IMG/VR virus record: IMGVR_UViG_3300034684_000205
Location: 1 to 24,111 of that record
Strand: one strand, 5' to 3'
Length of the DNA stretch: 24,111 bases
DNA from: a virus
Lineage: Duplodnaviria; Caudoviricetes
Shown: piece after piece, positions 1-7,837 of the stretch
How positions within the stretch are numbered: position 1 is the first letter of the stretch
Layout: each line of letters begins with the position of its first letter
Position numbers and translations under genes: made by a program
The notes under the pieces: model-generated
Database searches by the model: none
What the model was told of the DNA's origin: nothing
What the model saw: the letters and a program-made list of their open reading frames with translations, nothing else

Positions 1-2
1 TC

Positions 3-947
3 TATAGGTATGATAGGAATTCTACTGCTTCTGAAGATTTAGTATATAATACTATATTAGCTCCTAATGATAATAAAGGAAGATTTATCAAAATTAATGG
101 TATAAGTACTAATACATTTATAGATGATGCTGATACTTTAGATGGTTATCATGCCTCATATTTTGCAACTGCTACCGATTTGACTTCCCATACGTCTAAC
201 ACAAACAACCCCCATAATGTAACTGCTGCTCAACTTGGCGCTACTAATATACTGGAGCAAATCAAAACTGTGGATGGGTCAAGCAGCGGGCTGGATGCAG
301 ACACTGTAGATGGCTTTGATACAAGTCAGACACCTGCTCCAAATGTGATAGTGCCTTTAGATGCAAATGGGGCTTTGGATTTAAGTGTGACTTATGTGAG
401 AAGTAATGTTTATACATTCAGGCGAGTTGACTTGACTAACACAACGAGTGATTACATGTTGCAGGTGGGGGAGGAAGCTTACATAAGTTTTAGTAATACA
501 ACGAGTGTGCCGTTGAGAATAGCGACGCAGAGCGGGACTTATTACGAATGTCATTTGGTTTGTAGTAATACTGGTGGAACTTCGGGTGGAACTTCGGGTG
601 GAAAGGCAGCACATATTTTTTTAAATCCTAATAATACAACTTATAGCGATTCTTTTGTATATGCTGAAGTTTTTCGGGTGAGTCCAAAAATATATTCAAA
701 TTATTTCACTTATTCTGCTCTTAGATGTGGAACGGCGTTTGCAAGTTCTGCTTTTTATATAACAAATTTTGTCCAATATAAAAATGTAAAAGGAATTTAT
801 GATACATATGGATTGAGTTACAATTATCCAGGTTTGGTCAGTTTTTCCACAGATTGGCGAGATACGACGACTACTTGGACTTCTCTTGGAACAATAACAT
901 TTCCACAATTAACATCAGGTTATGTTTTGGTTAGGAGGTTAGTATAA
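3..947 (+). CDS. Tail fibre / receptor-binding protein, C-terminal part (5'-truncated by window edge)
   Basis: The frame of the 180..947 ORF is open back to position 3 (YRYDRNSTASEDL...), so the TTG start is an artefact. It has two DADT(L/V)DG motifs, an NPHNVTAAQLG motif typical of phage tail fibres, and a Ser/Thr/Tyr-rich C-terminal domain. Confidence 0.8.
   Translation, partial: YRYDRNSTASEDLVYNTILAPNDNKGRFIKINGISTNTFIDDADTLDGYHASYFATATDLTSHTSNTNNPHNVTAAQLGATNILEQIKTVDGSSSGLDADTVDGFDTSQTPAPNVIVPLDANGALDLSVTYVRSNVYTFRRVDLTNTTSDYMLQVGEEAYISFSNTTSVPLRIATQSGTYYECHLVCSNTGGTSGGTSGGKAAHIFLNPNNTTYSDSFVYAEVFRVSPKIYSNYFTYSALRCGTAFASSAFYITNFVQYKNVKGIYDTYGLSYNYPGLVSFSTDWRDTTTTWTSLGTITFPQLTSGYVLVRRLV
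573..603 (+). repeat. Perfect 12-bp tandem repeat (GGTGGAACTTCG x2 + GGTGGAA), encoding GGTS-GGTS-GG
   Basis: Read directly: 573-584, 585-596 and partial 597-603. Confidence 0.95.
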
Positions 948-1534
948 TGAAGATATTTGCATATTTACATCCAGAACTTAATATACTTTGTTGCGCTTTA
1001 CTTCCTGAAGCTGTCCCACAAGGAGTTAATGCTGTAGAATTGGAAGTAGAGAGTACTGATGATATTATCCTTGACAACGGACAAATCAGAGTAAAAACAG
1101 AACAAGAAAAGCTTCAAGACAAAAAACAAGAATTATTACAAAAACTATCAAATGAAGCAAAAGCTTATATAGAAAAATACTATCCTGAACTAAAACAAAG
1201 GTCAGATGTTAGTGATAAAGATAATGGTGAAAGTTATTTATCACTACAAAATATAGATACAATACAGTTAAGAAAAGATATAACAGACGAAACAATTAAA
1301 AACTATCCTGACTTCACTGCTGCTTTAGATAACATACTCATTAAATACCAATCATCTACAAATCAACTTATAAATTACTGGCTAACACAAGAATTGAAAA
1401 GTGCGTTCAGAAATTATTTTGCCTTTCTTGTTAAACAAGAATACTACAACCTTGAAACTCAAATTAACAACGCTACAAGCGAAGCAGAATTGCCAGCTAT
1501 AACCTTTACAACTATCTTTCCTGAATGGCTATAG
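947..1534 (+). CDS. Putative tail fibre assembly/chaperone protein
   Basis: TAATG overlap with the fibre gene. It has an 'EQEKLQDKKQELLQKL' helix and a C-terminal 'QINNATSEAELPAI...FPEW' ending typical of fibre-associated chaperones. Confidence 0.6.
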   Translation: MKIFAYLHPELNILCCALLPEAVPQGVNAVELEVESTDDIILDNGQIRVKTEQEKLQDKKQELLQKLSNEAKAYIEKYYPELKQRSDVSDKDNGESYLSLQNIDTIQLRKDITDETIKNYPDFTAALDNILIKYQSSTNQLINYWLTQELKSAFRNYFAFLVKQEYYNLETQINNATSEAELPAITFTTIFPEWL

Positions 1535-1560
1535 TAGAAAAATAAAGAGGCTATTAGAAA

Positions 1561-1974
1561 ATGTTTAATTTTATACCTGTTATAGGCACAGTATTAGATA
1601 AGGTATTTGGAGTAGTTGATAAGGCTATTCCTGATAAAGATTTGGCAACTAAACTAAAATCAGAGCTACAAACAAGCTTACTAATAAAAGAGTATGATTT
1701 GATTACAAGGGAGCTTGAAAGCAAAAGTAATGTAATAATAGCTGAGGCTAAGTCAGAGAGTTGGCTTGCTCGCTCTTGGCGACCAATAACAATGCTAACA
1801 TTCGTTGCTCTCATTACTGCCGATTGGCTTGGATTTACGGCAAGCAACCTTACCCATGAAATGAAACTAAAACTGTATGACATTATTCAGCTTGGTCTTG
1901 GTGGGTATGTCATTGGTAGAAGTGCCGAAAAGGTAGGCAGTGTAGTTGCTGAAACATTAAGGAAGGATAAATGA
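1561..1974 (+). CDS. Holin, 'holin of 3TMs' type
   Basis: N-terminal amphipathic helix followed by IPDKD, the EAKSESWLARSWRP motif, hydrophobic segments and LGLGGYVIGRSAEK. Lies near an endolysin gene. Confidence 0.85.
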   Translation: MFNFIPVIGTVLDKVFGVVDKAIPDKDLATKLKSELQTSLLIKEYDLITRELESKSNVIIAEAKSESWLARSWRPITMLTFVALITADWLGFTASNLTHEMKLKLYDIIQLGLGGYVIGRSAEKVGSVVAETLRKDK

Positions 1975-2027
1975 GATACCTTACAAATGGTAAATATGAA
2001 ATGTCAATAAGAAAAAAAGTTAGGTAG
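1971..2027 (+). CDS. Possible 18-aa basic micro-ORF (MRYLTNGKYEMSIRKKVR)
   Basis: ATGA overlap with the holin stop and purine-rich AAGGAAGGA upstream. It fills the gap to the next RBS and is not in the supplied ORF track. Confidence 0.3.
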   Translation: MRYLTNGKYEMSIRKKVR

Positions 2028-2035
2028 GAGGTGAT

Positions 2036-2425
2036 ATGGAGAAAGAGTTTTTAGACTTTAAGAATAAAATGCTAATGGAAATGGCAGAAGTAAGGGCAGA
2101 TATAAAGATAGTAACAGAAACACAAAAAGCACTTGCACAAACTATGGGAGAATTAAAAGAGCTAAATAAGAATTTTACCTCTGTTCTTACTCATCAAGAA
2201 AGACTACAACAAGATGTGCACGACTTATATTTAAAATATAATACTATCCAAACAGAAACAAATAAACAGTTCGCACAATGCCCTGTTCATAGTCTTACTA
2301 TGAAAAACTTGAAAGAAGAGGTGTATGAAATAAAGGATTTGATACGAAACAGAGATAAGACTTTAGCTGGTATAATTATAAGTATAGTAACATATGTAAT
2401 TTTACAAGTATTAAAAATAATATAG
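2036..2425 (+). CDS. Coiled-coil protein with C-terminal transmembrane helix (lysis-cassette accessory)
   Basis: Strong RBS AGGAGGTG, a heptad-like body and terminal hydrophobic LAGIIISIVTYVILQVL. Sits between holin and endolysin. Confidence 0.6.
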   Translation: MEKEFLDFKNKMLMEMAEVRADIKIVTETQKALAQTMGELKELNKNFTSVLTHQERLQQDVHDLYLKYNTIQTETNKQFAQCPVHSLTMKNLKEEVYEIKDLIRNRDKTLAGIIISIVTYVILQVLKII

Positions 2426-2434
2426 GAGAATAGT

Positions 2435-2785
2435 ATGTTTGATTACTTTAAGATAGAAGAATTTGCTTGCTCTTGTTGTGGTAAAAATGAAATAGACCCA
2501 CAATTTGTAAAAAAATTAGATGATGCAAGAAGATTAGCAAAAATTCCTTTTATAATTACATCAGGCTATAGGTGTGAAAAGCATAATAAAGAAGTTGGCG
2601 GAAGCCCTAATAGCTCTCATTTAAAGGGAATTGCTGTTGATATATCTTGTCAAACTTCTACAAGTAGATACTTAATAGTAAATGCTTTAATTAGAGCAGG
2701 GTTTAATAGGATAGGTATAGCTAAAGATTTTATACATTGTGATATTGACAAAGATAAACCACAAGAGGTTATTTGGGTATATTAA
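2435..2785 (+). CDS. Endolysin, peptidase M15A (M15_3) family zinc peptidase
   Basis: YFKIEEFACSCCG, ITSGYRC..HN..VGG, SSHLKGIAVD and FIHCD motifs (Zn ligands H, D, H). RBS AGGAG. Confidence 0.92.
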   Translation: MFDYFKIEEFACSCCGKNEIDPQFVKKLDDARRLAKIPFIITSGYRCEKHNKEVGGSPNSSHLKGIAVDISCQTSTSRYLIVNALIRAGFNRIGIAKDFIHCDIDKDKPQEVIWVY

Positions 2786-2796
2786 AGGATAGGAGT

Positions 2797-4332
2797 ATGT
2801 TAGTAAATAACTGTTTTCAAGGTTTAAATAAAAAGTTAGCTCCTCATTTATTACAACCTAATGAGGCACAAATATTAGTTAATACTGAAATAGACAGAGG
2901 AGTTATAGAATCTACTAAAGATTTAACTAATACTAATATTTCTGCTAACAAATATATCTATTATTTTGAAAATACTTGGCTATCAAGTAATAACTATAGA
3001 AATTATACTGAATACAATGAAGTTCTATACTATACTGAGGAAGGACAAAAGCCTAAAAAATATTCTAGTGGACAAGAAAATTTTATTGGTATTGAACCTC
3101 CAGACGCTGCACCTACTTTAACAGAGACTACTGGTTCAAATATAAAAAAAGGTTATATATATGATTATGTATACACTTATTATAATATTAATGATGGTAC
3201 TGAGTCTAAACCTTCGCCATCAGCTGAACTAAACTTAGCAGGTTCTGGTACAGCGGCAATTATTATAGGTAATATAAAGCAACCTATAGACCCACAAATT
3301 ACACATATAAAAGTATATAGATTAGGTGAGCATTTAACTGATTACTCATTAGTTGAAACGCTTGATATTAAATCATTAACTTGGACTAGTGGTGTTACTT
3401 CTTGGACTGATGATGTATCAGAAATTAATATAGAAGGAGATATATTAACTTCTTGGGATAACGATACTCCACCAGCAAATTTAAAGTATATTACTAAATA
3501 TCTAACTATGCTATTTGGTGCTGAAGGTAATACGTTATATTTTACTAAACCTGCTTATCCTAATTATTGGCCTAATTATATAATATTTGATGATATAATT
3601 ACAGGTATAGGCCCAACAGCTAATGGATTACTTATATTTACTAAATATGAAACTTATATATTAGTTGGAACTACTCCTGATAATATGTATAGATATTTAT
3701 TAAATGGCGCTTATGGTTGTATTGAGCATAATACCATAAAATATACTAATAATACATTATTATGGATGTCAGAAGATGGTATTTGTGCTTCTAATGGTGG
3801 TGAAATTATTATATTAACTAAAAATAAATTAGGTAAATTAGCTATAACACCTATAAATGCTGAAGTTTATGATGAGCAATATTTTTTACAACATTCTAAT
3901 GGTATAATTGTTATTGATTTTAGACTAAAAGAATTAGGGTTTAATATTAGGGAATATAGTATTAATTCAGAATATTTACATAAATCAGAGAATAAGCTTT
4001 ATTCTTATTATAATGGCTATATTTATGAATGGTATACTGGTAATGAGCTTCAATTACAGTATAAATCCCCGGCTTTAACTGAAGGCTTTATTTCTATGCT
4101 AAAACAATATAAAATTGTATATATTAGCTATAAGGGGGATTTTACCATAAATATTTATATCGATGGTAATTTAGTTAATTCATATATTATAAGTGCTCAG
4201 AATATTAAAACAGACGAGGTTAAAATTCCTACAGATTTACAAGAAGGCTATTATTTTGAAATTGAATGCATAGGTACTGGTGTTATATATGAAATAGAGT
4301 TTAAAGTAGCGGGGAGAGCAAATGGCAGATAA
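2797..4332 (+). CDS. Putative tail nozzle / packaged-DNA stabilisation protein (P22 gp10 / T7 gp12-like beta-propeller)
   Basis: N-terminal F.GLN...P..L.PNEAQ...N pattern, repeated beta-strand/Tyr motifs, 'GCI...TI' and a size of about 510 aa. The ATG at 2797 with RBS AGGAG is preferred over the TTG at 2773. Confidence 0.65.
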   Translation: MLVNNCFQGLNKKLAPHLLQPNEAQILVNTEIDRGVIESTKDLTNTNISANKYIYYFENTWLSSNNYRNYTEYNEVLYYTEEGQKPKKYSSGQENFIGIEPPDAAPTLTETTGSNIKKGYIYDYVYTYYNINDGTESKPSPSAELNLAGSGTAAIIIGNIKQPIDPQITHIKVYRLGEHLTDYSLVETLDIKSLTWTSGVTSWTDDVSEINIEGDILTSWDNDTPPANLKYITKYLTMLFGAEGNTLYFTKPAYPNYWPNYIIFDDIITGIGPTANGLLIFTKYETYILVGTTPDNMYRYLLNGAYGCIEHNTIKYTNNTLLWMSEDGICASNGGEIIILTKNKLGKLAITPINAEVYDEQYFLQHSNGIIVIDFRLKELGFNIREYSINSEYLHKSENKLYSYYNGYIYEWYTGNELQLQYKSPALTEGFISMLKQYKIVYISYKGDFTINIYIDGNLVNSYIISAQNIKTDEVKIPTDLQEGYYFEIECIGTGVIYEIEFKVAGRANGR

Positions 4333-5182
4333 AATACAAATACCATTTAACATTAAAAATGAGACAGAAATTAAAAGAGTATTAACTAATATTCTTACAA
4401 ATATGATTACAAATAGTGAGTCTAAAACTTTAAAAGATTTAACAGACGAGAACAAAGCTTTAATATTGGCTATTATTAAAGGTGCTGGATTAGAAATAGA
4501 TGGTTCATATAAAACTCCTGAGAATACTTATTATTTAGACTCTGCAACTTCACTAAAAATTGCTGATATATTATTAGACTCAGAACTTAAAATAGCTAAT
4601 GATAATATTACACAAAATGCTGCTGGTATATTAGATTTACAAAATAGAATTATAGATGTATATGAATCTATGGCTTTTACAGTAAATGATGTAGAATTAA
4701 ATATTACTCCTGATTCGCCTATTACTAAAAGTGTTGTTTATGATTATGATAGGCATGCTATATCTTTTACAAATGATGCGGATTTATCTGATGATTATAC
4801 TATTTATATGTCAGTACAAATTCCAAGAGGTTACAAATTAGGCACAGATATTATACCAGAATTATATTGGATTCAAGAAGTTCCTGGCGATGTTGTTTGG
4901 AATATAACTTATAGAATATATCATCCTGGAGAGGCTATACCAGGGTGGACTACTATAGCCTCTACTGGAACTAAATATACTTATAGTTCAGGAACTTTAT
5001 TACAAACTTCTACTTTTGAGGCTATAAGCGGTTCTGCAATAGTTGATACAGATGTGCAAATAGATATTAGAATTAGCAGGAATGCAAATAATGCTAATGA
5101 TACTCTTAATGGTAACGCTTATTTTAAATCCTTATTACTTTGGGTTTGCACTGATAAATTAGGTATAGATTCACACGCATAA
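4322..5182 (+). CDS. Putative virion/tail structural protein (helical N-terminus, beta-rich C-terminal domain)
   Basis: Overlaps the upstream tail gene. It has a 'YLDSATSLKIADILLD' stretch and short coiled coil followed by a beta-rich domain. Function is inferred from context only. Confidence 0.45.
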   Translation: MADKIQIPFNIKNETEIKRVLTNILTNMITNSESKTLKDLTDENKALILAIIKGAGLEIDGSYKTPENTYYLDSATSLKIADILLDSELKIANDNITQNAAGILDLQNRIIDVYESMAFTVNDVELNITPDSPITKSVVYDYDRHAISFTNDADLSDDYTIYMSVQIPRGYKLGTDIIPELYWIQEVPGDVVWNITYRIYHPGEAIPGWTTIASTGTKYTYSSGTLLQTSTFEAISGSAIVDTDVQIDIRISRNANNANDTLNGNAYFKSLLLWVCTDKLGIDSHA

Positions 5183-5209
5183 TGTATTAAATTAAAAAGG
5201 ATATGTAAA

Positions 5210-5626
5210 ATGTCAAAATTTAGCATATATTATATTAAAGAAGAGGACTTAGATAAATTAATAGATTTATATAAGAAAATGCATGAAAATATAAACTATG
5301 GGCTTTTACCAGCACAAATAGAGAAAGAATGTTTGCAATTTATTAGTAAGGTAGGAAGTATAGTACTTGGTTTATATAAAGAAAATGAACTAGTAGGTTT
5401 TTTTATAGGCCATCCATTAGACTCAGAAGTATTCTTTTGGTCAAGCCTATATATAGAACCTAAATACAGATTTAAAGCTAAGGATTTAATAGATACTGGA
5501 ATTGATATAATAAGACAAGCAGGATTTAAAAAGTGGAGGGCTGAAAGTGCCACTAAAGAAGGCCAAAATATTATATCTAGATATAAAGGTAAAATAATAG
5601 CTATACATTACGAAGCGGAGGTATAG
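5210..5626 (+). CDS. GNAT-fold acyltransferase-like protein
   Basis: Pattern 'ELVGFF...SLYIEPKYR...IRQAGFKKW' matches GNAT strands and motif A. Its position just before ejection-protein genes is common in podoviruses. Confidence 0.7.
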   Translation: MSKFSIYYIKEEDLDKLIDLYKKMHENINYGLLPAQIEKECLQFISKVGSIVLGLYKENELVGFFIGHPLDSEVFFWSSLYIEPKYRFKAKDLIDTGIDIIRQAGFKKWRAESATKEGQNIISRYKGKIIAIHYEAEV

Positions 5627-5725
5627 ATGAGAGAAAAGGTAGAACCTAAAGAACATAAAATAAAGAAGTCTAATTTAACTGAAGCTTTTGAAAATACTAA
5701 TGCAAAAACTCGTGGAGGTAAATAA
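5627..5725 (+). CDS. Unannotated 32-aa ORF (MREKVEPKEHKIKKSNLTEAFENTNAKTRGGK)
   Basis: GGAGGT at 5617-5622, ATG immediately after the GNAT stop, and a TAATG overlap with the next gene. It fills the intergenic gap exactly. Confidence 0.65.
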   Translation: MREKVEPKEHKIKKSNLTEAFENTNAKTRGGK

Positions 5726-6348
5726 TGGGTGGAGTTGTTAGAACTGTAACAGACGCTATTGGTCTAACAGACTATTCAGGTGCGGCAAAAGCCCAAGAAG
5801 CTGCTGCAGATGCTGCTAAAGCAGGCGTAGCTCTATCAGCTGAGCAAGTAGAGTTTATGAAAGAGCAATATAATGACTGGAAAGCTATATTTGGTGATTT
5901 AACTGAAACATTAGGTGATTATTTTAAATCTCTTGAACCTGATGATGTAATAGCACCTAAAATACAGTCTATAAATAAAGAATTAGCTAAAGCTAAGGAG
6001 AATATAGAAGTTACATTAGCTCAAAAAGGTTTAGACAAGAGCTCTATTGCAGAAAAAGCTTTAACCTCACTAGAAGTAGCAGGAGCCCAACAAAGAGCCA
6101 TAGCTAGAGCTACTGCTGAAGATGAAGTAAGAGCAAAACAAATGGGTTTCTTAGGATTAGGTTTAGGTCAAGGTACTCAAATGTTAGGTCAAATAAATAT
6201 GGCCGGACAAACAGCAGTTAATGCCACCGGAGCATTAGCAGGAGTTAATAGCCAATATGCTAATACACTATGGCAAGGTAGCCAAGGTGTTATTAATAGT
6301 ATTCTTCAAGGCGCTGCTACTGGTGGAACTTATGCTATGTTAAAATAA
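5725..6348 (+). CDS. Ejection / internal virion protein (P22 gp7-like position and composition)
   Basis: Ala/Gly/Gln-rich with 'GAAKAQEAAADAAKAG...QVEFMKEQYN' and a Gly-rich hydrophobic C-terminus. RBS GGAGGT. Confidence 0.65.
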   Translation: MGGVVRTVTDAIGLTDYSGAAKAQEAAADAAKAGVALSAEQVEFMKEQYNDWKAIFGDLTETLGDYFKSLEPDDVIAPKIQSINKELAKAKENIEVTLAQKGLDKSSIAEKALTSLEVAGAQQRAIARATAEDEVRAKQMGFLGLGLGQGTQMLGQINMAGQTAVNATGALAGVNSQYANTLWQGSQGVINSILQGAATGGTYAMLK

Positions 6349-6360
6349 GAGGAGATAGCT

Positions 6361-7827
6361 ATGGGTTTTGGTGAAGGTGTAGCGCAAGGTATACAATTAG
6401 CTTTAACTAAAAAGCAGATTGATATCCAAAGCCAATATTTAGATTTAAAAAGACAAGAGGTTGACGCACAAAATAAGAGAATAGAAGCTGAACTATTAGG
6501 GGCTGGCTATGTTAAAGATGACTCAGGTAAATGGGTTCCTGGTGAATTACTTAAAAATAAACAGCAGTTAGAAATTGAAAAGATTAATGCTGATTTAGAA
6601 ACACTAAAGCTTGAAAATAATAAATATAAAACATTATGGCAGCACGTAGCAGCTCAAACTACAGCAGATGCACTAGTTAAATCAGTTGAAGCTGGTGACC
6701 CAAGGTATATAAATGCTCTACCTGAATATACTAAAAATTTATTTGAATTCAAAAAGATAAGACCTTTTAATCCTGTAGACCCTAAGGCTGAGCAATATTT
6801 AAGAACTATACATAAAAGATTTTTAGAGAGTCCTTTAGTAGCTGAGTATTTAACACAAGCAGGAATAGACAAAGAGCAAATAAAAGATTTTAATAATTTT
6901 AAAGATATAGCTATACAAAATGCTAAAACATTAAATAAATTGGTAGGTATTTCTGAATTTTTAGATGGAAAAGAAGATGTAGTGTTATACCCAGAAATTG
7001 CTACTATAATAGGTGCTAAGCGTTTTGTAGCAGATAGTCAATTTAATTATATGGTTGATGCTTTTAAGTCTTTAACAAATGCTACTTCTAAAACATATCA
7101 GCCTTCTGTATATGAGCTTAAAAAAAGAGATATTGAAGCATATCAAAGAGAAATAGAGTCTTGGGGTAAAAATAAAGGCTTAAATGGGATAGAGCCTAAA
7201 GCATTAACACCTGAGCAAAAAGGTAAAGTATTTGACTATATGTGGACTAAAGGTATTAAGCTAGACTCACAAGATAAGAAAATAATAGAAAGTGTAAACA
7301 AAATGGTAAGCCTTGCTGACTCTGCGTCTAAGCTAACACCAGACCAATTAGGACCTATAGATAAAAAAGTATTTGATATTAAGAAATATTTAGGTATAGA
7401 CCCTGATAGTGCTGAATCTGTATTAGCTTATAATTTAATTAAGTCTACTTTAAGACATGCTTTATTTGGCTCTGCTTTAACAGAAGCAGAAATTAAGTCC
7501 TTTGAAGATGCTTTTGCTAATCTAAACCAAAGACCTGAGGTTATATTTAAAGGCTTAGCGAATATGTATAAGCAAATACATGGGCAATTACAATCTGTAA
7601 TTGATACTAATGACCCATATATTACTATTCCTTTATTTGGTGGTATGGTAAGTGATATTAATAGTATTATAGATAGACTTAATAATTTAGCTAAAAAATA
7701 TGGTACTAAAGCAGGCGCGAAACCGGAAACGCCTAGACTTGTATCACCTGATGCTATTAATGTTAATACTCCTACTGATACTCCTGCTGAATCAATAAAG
7801 AAAAATCCTTTTTATATACAAAACTAG
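6361..7827 (+). CDS. Ejection / internal virion protein (P22 gp20-like position)
   Basis: N-terminal MGFGEGVAQG amphipathic segment, predicted all-helical body and a C-terminal 'LFGSALTEAEIKSF' motif. RBS GAGGAG. Confidence 0.55.
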   Translation: MGFGEGVAQGIQLALTKKQIDIQSQYLDLKRQEVDAQNKRIEAELLGAGYVKDDSGKWVPGELLKNKQQLEIEKINADLETLKLENNKYKTLWQHVAAQTTADALVKSVEAGDPRYINALPEYTKNLFEFKKIRPFNPVDPKAEQYLRTIHKRFLESPLVAEYLTQAGIDKEQIKDFNNFKDIAIQNAKTLNKLVGISEFLDGKEDVVLYPEIATIIGAKRFVADSQFNYMVDAFKSLTNATSKTYQPSVYELKKRDIEAYQREIESWGKNKGLNGIEPKALTPEQKGKVFDYMWTKGIKLDSQDKKIIESVNKMVSLADSASKLTPDQLGPIDKKVFDIKKYLGIDPDSAESVLAYNLIKSTLRHALFGSALTEAEIKSFEDAFANLNQRPEVIFKGLANMYKQIHGQLQSVIDTNDPYITIPLFGGMVSDINSIIDRLNNLAKKYGTKAGAKPETPRLVSPDAINVNTPTDTPAESIKKNPFYIQN

Positions 7828-7837
7828 GGGCTAAAAT

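Noticed and set aside
180-182. Supplied starts at 180, 2773, 13865, 16360 and 18542
   Set aside because: The frame is open upstream of 180. For the others, better ATG starts with an RBS or stop/start overlap exist at 2797, 13826, 16333 and 18512.
700-947. Tail fibre C-terminus as the variable region of a diversity-generating retroelement
   Set aside because: No reverse transcriptase gene and no second near-identical template copy is visible in the window.
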